Below, one piece after another: positions 1 to 8,006 of a DNA stretch of 29,691 bases. The notes under the pieces were generated by a model that saw only the letters and a program-made list of their open reading frames with translations, ran no database searches and was not told where the DNA came from. Made by a program: the position numbers and the translations under genes. Source of the DNA: an uncultured Nitrospirota bacterium (lineage in GTDB: Bacteria; Nitrospirota; Nitrospiria; SBBL01; SBBA01). Position 1 is the first letter of the stretch. Each line of letters starts with the position of its first letter. The DNA is taken from the NCBI GenBank assembly GCA_964607665.1, contig CAZSME010000001.1, positions 1-29,691 on the forward strand, written 5' to 3'.

Positions 1-34
1 AAGTCGGCCCGTTGGGCCGCCTGTAAAACCGAGT

Positions 35-56
35 TAGGGGGCGACGCGAGCCCCTA
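35..56. repeat. Degenerate (G)TAGGGGC-type REP-like hairpin upstream of nuoK
   Basis: TAGGGG (35-40) pairs with CCCCTA (51-56) and resembles the GTAGGGG-led elements at 7840, 19451 and 22771. Confidence 0.45.
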
Positions 57-68
57 TAATAAATAACT

Positions 69-371
69 ATGATTCCACTTTCATACTACGTTGTCGCCTC
101 CACGCTGATGTTTCTGATCGGCCTGGTGGGCGTTTTGGTGCGGCGTAACTTTTTAATTATTCTCTACTCGATTGAATTGATGCTGAATGCCGCGAATATC
201 AATTTGGTCGCCTTCTCGCACTACTTGGAGTCGCTCGTTGGCCAGATTCTTTCTCTATTCGTCATTACAATCGCGGCGGGAGAGGCGGCCATTGGCCTGG
301 CGATTATCGTTGTCCTGTTCCGAAGACGGGCCACCACCAACGTGGATGAACTCGACTTACTCAAATGGTAG
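69..371 (+). CDS. nuoK: NADH-quinone oxidoreductase subunit K
   Basis: 100 aa with 3 hydrophobic segments; NuoK motifs RRN...SIELMLNAANINLVAF and AAGEAAIGLAI; C-terminus NVDELDLLKW. Confidence 0.97.
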   Translation: MIPLSYYVVASTLMFLIGLVGVLVRRNFLIILYSIELMLNAANINLVAFSHYLESLVGQILSLFVITIAAGEAAIGLAIIVVLFRRRATTNVDELDLLKW

Positions 372-1903
372 AACTCGTTTCGATCTTACCGCTCATCGCC
401 CTGCTGATCCCGCTGACTGCGGCAGGACTGATTCTTTTATCGGATAAACGTCCGAATCTCCGAGAGACCTGGTCGATTGTCGCCGGCATCGTTCAGCTTC
501 TGGTTGTGCTTTCGATGGGGCCCGCGATTTTCGCCGGTGAGACAATCGTCTACCCCCTTTACACATTCCTGTTCGGCCTGACAATGAAGCTTCGGGTCGA
601 CGCATTGGGCTTTATGTTTGCCGCGATTGCCTCGTTCCTGTGGATCGTAACGTCGCTCTATTCGATCGGCTATATGCGGGGAAACCACGAGCAACACCAA
701 ACCCGTTACTTCACCTGTTTCGCGCTGGCCCTGTGCTCCACCCTGGGCGTCGCCTTCTCCGCAAATTTGCTGACGCTGTACCTCTTCTATGAAATTCTCT
801 CGCTGATCACCGTTCCGCTGGTCGGACACAAAGAAACGGCCGAGTCTTCCGCGGGTGCGTCGAAATATCTGATCTATCTGGCCGGCACCTCCAAGACCGC
901 GCTTTTGGCGGCGATTGTACTGACATACAGCGTCGCGGGCACGTTAGACTTTGCGGCCAATGGCCTGTTTTCTGGCCTGGAAACCGGACAGGGCCGGATG
1001 AGTTCCGGCATGCTCACGCTCATTTATATCCTCTTTTTAGCCGGATTTGCGAAAGCGGCCATCATGCCGTTACACAGTTGGCTGCCTGCCGCAATGGTCG
1101 CGCCGACACCGGTTTCCGCGCTGTTGCACGCAGTAGCGGTCGTAAAGGTCGGCGTCTTTTGTGTGCTGCGGGTGATCTTACATGTGATCGGTGTTGATCT
1201 GATGGAGGCATTAGACCTGGGGGCTCCGACCGCGTTCTTTGCCTCGTTCACCATCCTGATGGCCTCGATCTATGCCCTCACGCGAGACAATCTCAAGGCG
1301 CGACTGGCCTATTCGACGATCAGCCAGCTCTCGTATGTTATTTTAGGCGGCGCGCTGCTTTCCCCCAGCGGAATCATGGGCGGTATTGTTCATATCGCCG
1401 CGCACGCCTTTTCCAAAATCACCCTCTTCTTCTGCGCCGGATCGATCTATGTGGCAACACACAAAACCAATATCAGCGAGCTTTCCGGCATCGGCCGCAA
1501 AATGCCCTGGACAATGACCGCGTTTACCCTCGGCGCGTTTGGGATGATTGGCGTACCGCCTCTGGCCGGTTTTTTGTCCAAATGGTATCTTGCTGTCGGG
1601 GCGATCGAAGCGCACTCGATCCCGATTCTGATTATTCTACTGGTCAGCACCCTGTTAAATGCCGCCTATTTTATCCCGGTCATCTATAAGGCCTTTTTCG
1701 AGACACCAACCGAGGAGCACGCAACGAGTTGGATTGGAGCGCCTCACCCACAGAGTCTGGGCGCGCACGCGGCGCACGATCCTTCTGATATTAAAGAAAC
1801 CCCGTTCATCGTGGTGCCGTTAACGATAACGGCCATCGGATCGATTTTAATCGGTCTTTTCCCGTATTACGTTCTTGAACTTGCCGAAAAGGTGATCTCA
1901 TAA
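365..1903 (+). CDS. MrpD-like proton-conducting membrane transporter (complex I antiporter-like subunit, MrpD1)
   Basis: 512 aa polytopic protein with LFYEIL (TM5 Glu), GFAKAAIMPLHSWLPAAMVAPTPVSALLHAVAVVKVG, LAYSTISQLSY and GFLSKWYL. No NuoL transverse-helix tail. Overlaps the nuoK stop by 7 nt. Confidence 0.9.
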   Translation: MVELVSILPLIALLIPLTAAGLILLSDKRPNLRETWSIVAGIVQLLVVLSMGPAIFAGETIVYPLYTFLFGLTMKLRVDALGFMFAAIASFLWIVTSLYSIGYMRGNHEQHQTRYFTCFALALCSTLGVAFSANLLTLYLFYEILSLITVPLVGHKETAESSAGASKYLIYLAGTSKTALLAAIVLTYSVAGTLDFAANGLFSGLETGQGRMSSGMLTLIYILFLAGFAKAAIMPLHSWLPAAMVAPTPVSALLHAVAVVKVGVFCVLRVILHVIGVDLMEALDLGAPTAFFASFTILMASIYALTRDNLKARLAYSTISQLSYVILGGALLSPSGIMGGIVHIAAHAFSKITLFFCAGSIYVATHKTNISELSGIGRKMPWTMTAFTLGAFGMIGVPPLAGFLSKWYLAVGAIEAHSIPILIILLVSTLLNAAYFIPVIYKAFFETPTEEHATSWIGAPHPQSLGAHAAHDPSDIKETPFIVVPLTITAIGSILIGLFPYYVLELAEKVIS

Positions 1904-3759
1904 TGGAGTGGTTACATCCATCCGTCTTGTTTTTCCTGGGTGCCGTGCTTCTGCCGTTTGTAAAAGAACGGCAGAGGGGCATCGTGTTAATCGGCGCGCC
2001 GACATTGGCGTTTCTCTCCCTGCTGGTTGTTCCGGAAGGGGATTACGGTCAGATCACGCTGATGGATATGTCGTTGACCTTCGGCCGGGTGGACCGGCTC
2101 AGCCTTCTGTTTGGATATATCTTCACGCTGATTGCGATGATCGGGATGGTCTATTCCCTTCATGTCAAAAAGGTCGCCGAGCATATCGCGGCGCTGCTTT
2201 ACGCGGGATCGGCGTTAGGCGCAGTTTTTTCGGGCGATCTGATTACCCTCTTTCTTTTCTGGGAGGGGATGGCCTTCACCTCCGCGCTTCTGATCTTTTT
2301 GGGCGGGAACAACGCGGCCGCGTTTCGTTACCTGCTGGTCCATATCTTCGGCGGGGTCTGCCTGTTGGGCGGTATCGTGATTCATCTGGCCGCGGGAAAC
2401 GATCCGACCTTCTCGTCTTTTACCGATCTCGGATTTCACGCCGGACAAATGCCGCTTGGCGCCACATTGATCTTAATCGGATTTATCGTGAACGCCGCGG
2501 TTCCACCGATTCACGCGTGGCTTTCCGATGCCTATCCCGAGGCCAGCGTAACCGGGATTGTTTTTTTAAGCGCGTTTACGACGAAAACCGCGGTGTATGT
2601 CCTCGCCCGTGGATTTGCCGGGTTTACACCGTTAGCCTGGCTGGGGGCGGCAATGACCCTTTATGGAGTGCTTTATGCGATGCTGGAAAACGATATCCGA
2701 AGACTGCTGGCCTATCATATTATCAGTCAGGTGGGTTTTATGGTCGCGGGGGTTGGGATTGGCACCGAGATGGCGATCAACGGCGCGGTGGCCCATGCCT
2801 TTGCCCATATTCTTTACAAAGCCCTGCTGATGATGGGAATGAGCTCGGTCCTTTTTATGACCGGAAAAAGAAAGGCCACGGAGCTGGGCGGCCTTTATAA
2901 AGCGATGCCGTTGACCTTCTTCCTTTACATGGTAGGTGGGTTCTCGATTTCCGGTGTCCCGTTTTTGAACGGCTTTATCAGTAAATCGATGACCATTTCC
3001 GCCGCCGCCGAGGCCCATATGATCCCAATTTTTCTGATGATGATGATCGCCTCCTGCGGCACCTTTCTCTCGACGACGCTCAAGTTGCCGTATGCGGTTT
3101 TTTTAGCGGAACGGAAAGGAGAGACCCTAACAGCAACCGACCCCCCTAAAAACATGATCGTCGGAATGGGACTCGCGGCGTCACTTTGTCTGCTGATCGG
3201 CATTGTTCCGAGCCTGCTTTATAATATTCTCCCTCATCCGGTTGATTACCATCCTTACACCGCCGAACATCTTGTCGGCGCGCTTTTGATGCTTTCATTG
3301 ACCGGTGTCGGGTTCTTTCTTTTTCTCAAAACGCTGTCGCCGCACGAAACGATCAGCCTCGATACCGATTGGATCTATCGAAAGGGGGGGGCGTTTTTTC
3401 TTCGTCTGGCGCAGGGGCCGATTTCGGTGTATGAGGCCTTTGTCACTGAATTTTATCGGAACGGGATCATTCGTCCGATGAAGCGGTTTGTTGCCGCATG
3501 TGGGCGTTTTGATCTTTACATCATCGATGGCGCGGTAAACGGCGTGGGGGATGGCGCCTTCGGCGGGGGACGCCTTTCAAACCTGTTTGAGAAATATGTG
3601 GTCTACGGATTCATTAACATGACGGGGTATGCCAATCACCTGGGGGCCAAGCTCTTTCGACGCCTTCAAACCGGCTCGGTCCACAACTACGCGATTATAA
3701 TTATTATTGGCATTTTTTTACTGGTGAATATTTATTTTATTTTCCGAAACCGGCTGTGA
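1903..3759 (+). CDS. MrpD/NuoL hybrid antiporter-like subunit with extended C-terminal transverse helix (MrpD2)
   Basis: 618 aa; FLFWEGM, NAAVPPIHAWLSDAYPEA, RRLLAYHIISQVG, GFISKSM core of the Na+/H+ antiporter subunit D type, plus a NuoL-type tail (FDLYIIDGAVNGVG...RRLQTGSVHNY and a final TM helix). TAATG coupling to the upstream gene. Confidence 0.9.
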   Translation: MEWLHPSVLFFLGAVLLPFVKERQRGIVLIGAPTLAFLSLLVVPEGDYGQITLMDMSLTFGRVDRLSLLFGYIFTLIAMIGMVYSLHVKKVAEHIAALLYAGSALGAVFSGDLITLFLFWEGMAFTSALLIFLGGNNAAAFRYLLVHIFGGVCLLGGIVIHLAAGNDPTFSSFTDLGFHAGQMPLGATLILIGFIVNAAVPPIHAWLSDAYPEASVTGIVFLSAFTTKTAVYVLARGFAGFTPLAWLGAAMTLYGVLYAMLENDIRRLLAYHIISQVGFMVAGVGIGTEMAINGAVAHAFAHILYKALLMMGMSSVLFMTGKRKATELGGLYKAMPLTFFLYMVGGFSISGVPFLNGFISKSMTISAAAEAHMIPIFLMMMIASCGTFLSTTLKLPYAVFLAERKGETLTATDPPKNMIVGMGLAASLCLLIGIVPSLLYNILPHPVDYHPYTAEHLVGALLMLSLTGVGFFLFLKTLSPHETISLDTDWIYRKGGAFFLRLAQGPISVYEAFVTEFYRNGIIRPMKRFVAACGRFDLYIIDGAVNGVGDGAFGGGRLSNLFEKYVVYGFINMTGYANHLGAKLFRRLQTGSVHNYAIIIIIGIFLLVNIYFIFRNRL

Positions 3760-3769
3760 GGCTTCTACC

Positions 3770-3847
3770 GTCATTCCGGCAATGTTTAAGCCGGAATCCA
3801 GAATCTTCAGAAAGGCTGGATTCCGGACAGAGGCATTCCGGAATGAC
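3770..3847. repeat. Family A palindromic repeat (GTCATTCCGG...CCGGAATGAC), full-length copy
   Basis: GTCATTCCGGC-N8-GCCGGAATCCAG...CTGGATTCCGG...CCGGAATGAC; nested inverted repeats with related copies at 9278 and 29420. Confidence 0.9.
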
Positions 3848-3909
3848 AGCAAGAAAAGAACTTTTTATTAAAGTGTAAATGAGTCAACGCAAACTATGTG
3901 AAGAGACCC

Positions 3910-4176
3910 ATGCCGACAATTTCGATGTTTTACGGTATAGTCGTTCGGATCTATTTTGCACCGGGTGAACATAATCCGCCGCATTTCCATGTTTACTACA
4001 ACGAGTACAAGGCGTCAGTGGATATTCGGACATGTGAAATCATAGAAGGCAATCTGCCCCGCAGGCAACAGAAGCTGGTCTTGGCCTGGGCAGAACTTCA
4101 TCAGGAGGAGCTGATGGCAGATTGGAACCTGGTAATGAATGGGGAGAACCCATTCGCGATTCAACCGCTTCAGTAA
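3910..4176 (+). CDS. DUF4160 domain protein (predicted TA-like component)
   Basis: MPTISMFYGIVVRIYF...EHNPPHFHVYY...GNLPRRQQKLVLAWAELHQEELMADW...PFAIQPL is the typical DUF4160 pattern. ATG 3910 is preferred over GTG 3898 because the family typically begins MP.IS.FYGI. Confidence 0.9.
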   Translation: MPTISMFYGIVVRIYFAPGEHNPPHFHVYYNEYKASVDIRTCEIIEGNLPRRQQKLVLAWAELHQEELMADWNLVMNGENPFAIQPLQ

Positions 4177-4188
4177 GGAGGAATAAAA

Positions 4189-4437
4189 ATGCACCCATCC
4201 GTAGTAAAGGTTGTTCCCAACGAAGACTTTACACTTTCAATGGTGTTCAGTAATGGCGAGGAGGGCCTTCTTAACATGAAGCCCTATCTTGATTTTGGGG
4301 TGTTTCAAAAGATTAAGGCATATGGATATTTTAAGCAGGTTCACGTTGCCTTTGACACCATTCAATGGGATTGTGGTGTTGATCTTGATCCGGAGTTTGT
4401 ATACGACAAATGCGAGAAGACCACACATGCAGGGTAA
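4189..4437 (+). CDS. DUF2442 domain protein (partner of DUF4160)
   Basis: V.KV.P..DF.L...FSNGEEG..NMKPYL..GVFQ...F.QV.VAFDTIQW..GVDLDPE..Y; strong SD AAGGAGG upstream. Confidence 0.9.
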   Translation: MHPSVVKVVPNEDFTLSMVFSNGEEGLLNMKPYLDFGVFQKIKAYGYFKQVHVAFDTIQWDCGVDLDPEFVYDKCEKTTHAG

Positions 4438-4445
4438 AGCTAAAA

Positions 4446-4480
4446 GCTCCCCCTTACTGAAGAAGGGGTTAGGGGTGGTT
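4446..4480. repeat. Family B C-run/G-run palindromic repeat
   Basis: CTCCCCCTTACTGAAGAAGGGGTTAGGGGTGGTT, similar to the copies at 6108-6232. Confidence 0.7.
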
Positions 4481-4512
4481 TGGAAGGACAAGTCAGGATA
4501 ACAAAATAAAAC

Positions 4513-6102
4513 ATGCTAACCACGCTGGGTGAAATTTTTACGATGCATCAGATCGGATTTCCGATCCTGACGCTGATTGTCTTTTTGCCGATCCTCACCG
4601 CGCTTTATCTTTCCCGTCTCAAAGATGAGGGGGAGATGCGGATCTTCGCGGCCTCCGCAACGCTGCTCACCTTCCTCATTTCGTTACTGCTTCCGATCTT
4701 TTTTCAACGCGGCATCGCCGATACGCAGTTTGTCGAACGGCTCCCCTGGATCCCCACCCTGGGCGCCTCGTACCATCTCGGCGTCGATGGGATCAGCCTC
4801 CTGCTGGTCAACCTGACTACTTTTCTTTCGTTTCTCGTCGTTGTGTTTTCATGGGAGGGAATCGCGCATTCGTTCAAACAATATCTGATCTGCCTGCTCG
4901 CCCTCGAAACCACGATGCTGGGTGTTTTTGTCTCACTTGACCTGCTGCTTTTCTTTCTGTTCTGGGAGATCATGCTGATTCCGATGTATTTCCTGATCAA
5001 AGTCTGGGGGGGGGAACGGCGCGATTACGCCTCATTGAAATTTGTCCTCTATACCCTTCTGGGATCGGTGCTGATGCTGATCGGCTTTGTCATCCTCTAT
5101 CTAAACTACCATGAATTCGCAATGCAAAACGCCCTTCCCAGAAAATATTCGTTTGACCTGCTCGACCTTCTGAAAGCGCCAATAACACCGGGCAAGCAAA
5201 TCGGGGTGTTCCTACTCCTTTTCTTCGGATTTGCGTTTAAAGTGCCGATGTTCCCGTTTCATACCTGGCTTCCCGATGCCCATGTTGAGGCGCCAACAGC
5301 CGGATCGGTGCTGCTCGCCGGCGTCTTGCTGAAGATGGGAACATACGGCTTTGTCCGTTTTTCTCTGCCGTTGCTGCCGCAGGCATCACAGGCACTCGCC
5401 CCGTTGATGCTGATGCTAGCGGTGATTGGGATTGTCTATGGCGCGTTGCTGGCGCTGGCCCAGAACGATATGAAAAAGCTGATTGCTTATTCGTCCATCA
5501 GCCATTTGGGATTTGTCATCCTCGGCATTTTCACGTTAAACAAAACGGGGATTTCCGGCGGAATGATCCAGATGATCAATCATGGGATTTCGACCTCCGG
5601 ACTCTTTTTGGTAGTCGGATTTCTTTATAACCGATGTCACACGAAGCTCATTGCCAAATTCGGCGGCCTGGCCAAGCCGGTTCCGATCCTGGCCGGTTTC
5701 TATCTCTTGATCTCTCTTTCATCATTGGCCTTCCCCGGCACAAACGGATTTGTCGGAGAGCTGCTCATTCTATTGGGCGCCGCGGAAAACCACCTGCCGT
5801 ATCTGATCCCCGCTATTTTTGGCGTGCTTTTGGGGGCCGCTTACCTGTTCTGGCTTTATCAACGGGTGATGTTGGGAGAGGTCACGGAAGAAAATGCGAC
5901 GCTGATTGATCTGAACCGCCGAGAGATTGGGATTTGTGCCGCGTTGACTGCCGTCATTCTCTGGGTCGGGATTTATCCGACCCCCTTTGTACGGATAACA
6001 GACGGATCCGTCGGCTATCTCATCTCACGAATGGAAGCCGGCCCGTTGGAAGAGGCGGCGCCGCTGTTGGTAAAAAACGATGGGACAGGAAAAGGTCAAT
6101 GA
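4513..6102 (+). CDS. nuoM: NADH-quinone oxidoreductase subunit M (copy 1, canonical)
   Basis: YHLGVDGISL, FFLFWEIMLIPMYFLI..WGG, FAFKVPMFPFHTWLPDAHVEAPTAGSVLLAGVLLKMGTYG, GFVGELLIL. The start may instead be ATG 4543. Confidence 0.95.
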   Translation: MLTTLGEIFTMHQIGFPILTLIVFLPILTALYLSRLKDEGEMRIFAASATLLTFLISLLLPIFFQRGIADTQFVERLPWIPTLGASYHLGVDGISLLLVNLTTFLSFLVVVFSWEGIAHSFKQYLICLLALETTMLGVFVSLDLLLFFLFWEIMLIPMYFLIKVWGGERRDYASLKFVLYTLLGSVLMLIGFVILYLNYHEFAMQNALPRKYSFDLLDLLKAPITPGKQIGVFLLLFFGFAFKVPMFPFHTWLPDAHVEAPTAGSVLLAGVLLKMGTYGFVRFSLPLLPQASQALAPLMLMLAVIGIVYGALLALAQNDMKKLIAYSSISHLGFVILGIFTLNKTGISGGMIQMINHGISTSGLFLVVGFLYNRCHTKLIAKFGGLAKPVPILAGFYLLISLSSLAFPGTNGFVGELLILLGAAENHLPYLIPAIFGVLLGAAYLFWLYQRVMLGEVTEENATLIDLNRREIGICAALTAVILWVGIYPTPFVRITDGSVGYLISRMEAGPLEEAAPLLVKNDGTGKGQ

Positions 6103-6107
6103 GTACT

Positions 6108-6232
6108 AACCCCCTTAATCCCCCTTTGAAAAAGGGGGAGATAAGGCAAAAGAACCCTCCATTAAAAACTCCCTTTTTTCTAAAGGGACCGGCATTCATT
6201 CCCCCCTTTTCTAAAGGGGGGCTAGGGGGGTT
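6108..6232. repeat. Family B repeat cluster: inverted pair plus a partial internal copy
   Basis: 6108-6140 (AACCCCCTTAATCCCCCTTTGAAAAAGGGGGAG) is approximately the reverse complement of 6199-6232 (TTCCCCCCTTTTCTAAAGGGGGGCTAGGGGGGTT); partial copy at about 6169-6187. Confidence 0.88.
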
Positions 6233-6256
6233 AAAGAAGAAGCACGATCGGCCACA

Positions 6257-7843
6257 ATGACTGAACATCTTTTATCGATCATTCTTTTCGCGCCCTTTGC
6301 CGGGGCCATCCTCCTGTTCTTTGTCGGCAATGACCGCCCCAACATCATCAAGGCGATTACGACTTTTTTCGGGGGCGTCTCGCTTGCCGGCGCCGTTTCA
6401 CTGCTCTACCTCTTCGACTACAACCAGAACAACTTCCAGTTTATTGAACGATGGCCGTGGTCGGACACGTTGGGCATCTCGTTTTATATTGGGGTGGATG
6501 GAGTCGGCGCGCCGATGGTTCTGGCCTCTTCGCTGCTGATGTTTGCCGGCATCTTTGTCTCCTGGCATGTTCAGGACCGGCTTCGTGAATTTTATATCAA
6601 TCTGCTGGTTTTAGGCTCCGCGACGATGGGGGTCTATATGTCGCTCGATCTTTTCTTCCTGTTCTTTTTCTACGAGCTTTCGGTCATTCCGATGTATCTT
6701 TTTATCGCGATCTGGGGACGGCACACCAAGGGGTATCTCGATATGCAGGGAAATCCCACGCGCGACTCCGTCGGCTTTATCTTCAACTTTAATCACAGCA
6801 GCAAAGAGTACGCGGCGATGAAGCTGACGCTTTATATTTCGGCCGGCGCGGTCGCAGCCCTGCTGGGGATTCTGCTGATCTACACCCACTCGGGGCTTCA
6901 GACATTTGATCTTTTAGCCATTATGGAAAAGGGGACGCTTTCGACCGGCATGAAAGAGGTCTGTTTTCTGCTGATCTTTTTGGGTTTCGCGCCAATTGCG
7001 GCGATCTGGCCGTTTCACTCCTGGTCTCCGGTCGGTTATGCCGCCGCGCCCGCAGCCGCCAGCATGATGCACGCAGGGGTATTAAAGAAGCTGGGCCATT
7101 TTTCGATCATTCGAATCGGGTTCACCCTTTTTCCTGAAGCAACGGCCAAATGGATGCCGGTGATTGCCATCCTCTGTATCCTCAATATCGTTTACGGGGG
7201 ACTCGTGGCCTTTTTGCAAAAAGACACCAAGTTTGTGATCGGCTATTCCAGTGTCGCGCACATGGGGTATATCTTTTTGGGGATGGCCTCGCTCAACCTC
7301 ATCAGTCTTACCGGCGCCGTCTTTTTTCTCTTTGCCGACGCGATGGCGATGGGTCTGCTCTTCGCACTTGCCGGACATATTTATTATCAAACCCACACGC
7401 TGGATATCCCTTCGATGGGAGGCCTCGCGCGGAAGATGCCTTTTATTGCGTCGCTTTTTGTGATTGGCTCTGCCGCCTCGTTTGGTCTTCCCGGCGGCAT
7501 GAATTTTATTGGGGAGCTGCTTGTCTTTGTCGGATCGTTTCGGGTCTATCCGGTTCAAACGGTGTTGGCCGCGATGGCGATCACGTTGACCTGGTCGTAT
7601 TATTTTCGCATGATTCGGTCGATCTTTTTTGGAGAGGCCGATCCGGCGATGGCCGATGTCGCGGACGCGACACGGTTCGTGCAGAAATTCCCGTTGATTT
7701 TACTCGCGGCGATGACCCTTTTCTTCGGCATTTTCCCCTCCCCCTTTATCCGGGTAATCCAGTCCGGCGTGATTCCGATCGTCGCAAAGATGGACGCCGG
7801 TTCCCCTCAACCGATAACCCTTATTGGATCAAACACGGAGTAG
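6257..7843 (+). CDS. nuoM: NADH-quinone oxidoreductase subunit M (copy 2, divergent)
   Basis: FYIGVDGVG, FFFYELSVIPMY..IAIWG, WPFHSWSPVGYAAAPAAASMMHAGVLKKLG, NFIGELLVF; 528 aa. Confidence 0.92.
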   Translation: MTEHLLSIILFAPFAGAILLFFVGNDRPNIIKAITTFFGGVSLAGAVSLLYLFDYNQNNFQFIERWPWSDTLGISFYIGVDGVGAPMVLASSLLMFAGIFVSWHVQDRLREFYINLLVLGSATMGVYMSLDLFFLFFFYELSVIPMYLFIAIWGRHTKGYLDMQGNPTRDSVGFIFNFNHSSKEYAAMKLTLYISAGAVAALLGILLIYTHSGLQTFDLLAIMEKGTLSTGMKEVCFLLIFLGFAPIAAIWPFHSWSPVGYAAAPAAASMMHAGVLKKLGHFSIIRIGFTLFPEATAKWMPVIAILCILNIVYGGLVAFLQKDTKFVIGYSSVAHMGYIFLGMASLNLISLTGAVFFLFADAMAMGLLFALAGHIYYQTHTLDIPSMGGLARKMPFIASLFVIGSAASFGLPGGMNFIGELLVFVGSFRVYPVQTVLAAMAITLTWSYYFRMIRSIFFGEADPAMADVADATRFVQKFPLILLAAMTLFFGIFPSPFIRVIQSGVIPIVAKMDAGSPQPITLIGSNTE

Positions 7844-7853
7844 GGGCACGCCC
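7840..7853. repeat. Truncated GTAGGGGC REP-like remnant overlapping the nuoM2 stop
   Basis: GTAGGGGCACGCCC; the TAG inside it is the nuoM2 stop codon. Confidence 0.4.
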
Positions 7854-7966
7854 AACTCTGAATTATTGTTTTTAAAGAATCGATCTGGTGTGTCATTGTA
7901 GGCGGTCTGTCGAGACCTCATCGATAAGTGTACCGCTTCTTTCGTTGGTTGAAGCGCCAAGCCCGT

Positions 7967-7995
7967 TTGACATACCCTGTAAGATAGGGTATATC
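7967..7995 (+). promoter_or_regulatory. Putative promoter and autoregulatory operator of the higBA-like module
   Basis: TTGACA at 7967-7972; perfect inverted repeat ATACCCT-N7-AGGGTAT at 7972-7992. The -10 is imperfect (TATATC at 17 bp spacing). Confidence 0.65.
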
Positions 7996-8006
7996 CATAA
8001 TATGGC

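Noticed and set aside
55-60. TATAAT just upstream of nuoK as an internal promoter
   Set aside because: No -35 or extended -10; the hexamer arises from the end of the REP-like hairpin plus AT-rich sequence.
1-68. 3' end of nuoJ expected upstream of nuoK
   Set aside because: All three plus-strand frames close within 36-66 nt with no recognisable NuoJ motif; cannot be assigned from this window.
5934-6268. ORFs 5934-6260 (+) and 6020-6268 (-) spanning the nuoM1-nuoM2 gap
   Set aside because: Their distinctive sequence (PPFSKGGLGG, PPLKKGE) is simply the translation of family B repeats.
7902-7942. Possible intrinsic terminator of the nuo operon (GCGGT...ACCGC-TTCTTT)
   Set aside because: The stem is interrupted by large bulges, the U-tract is short, and an alternative GTAG-led hairpin (7898-7917) explains part of it; too ambiguous to call.
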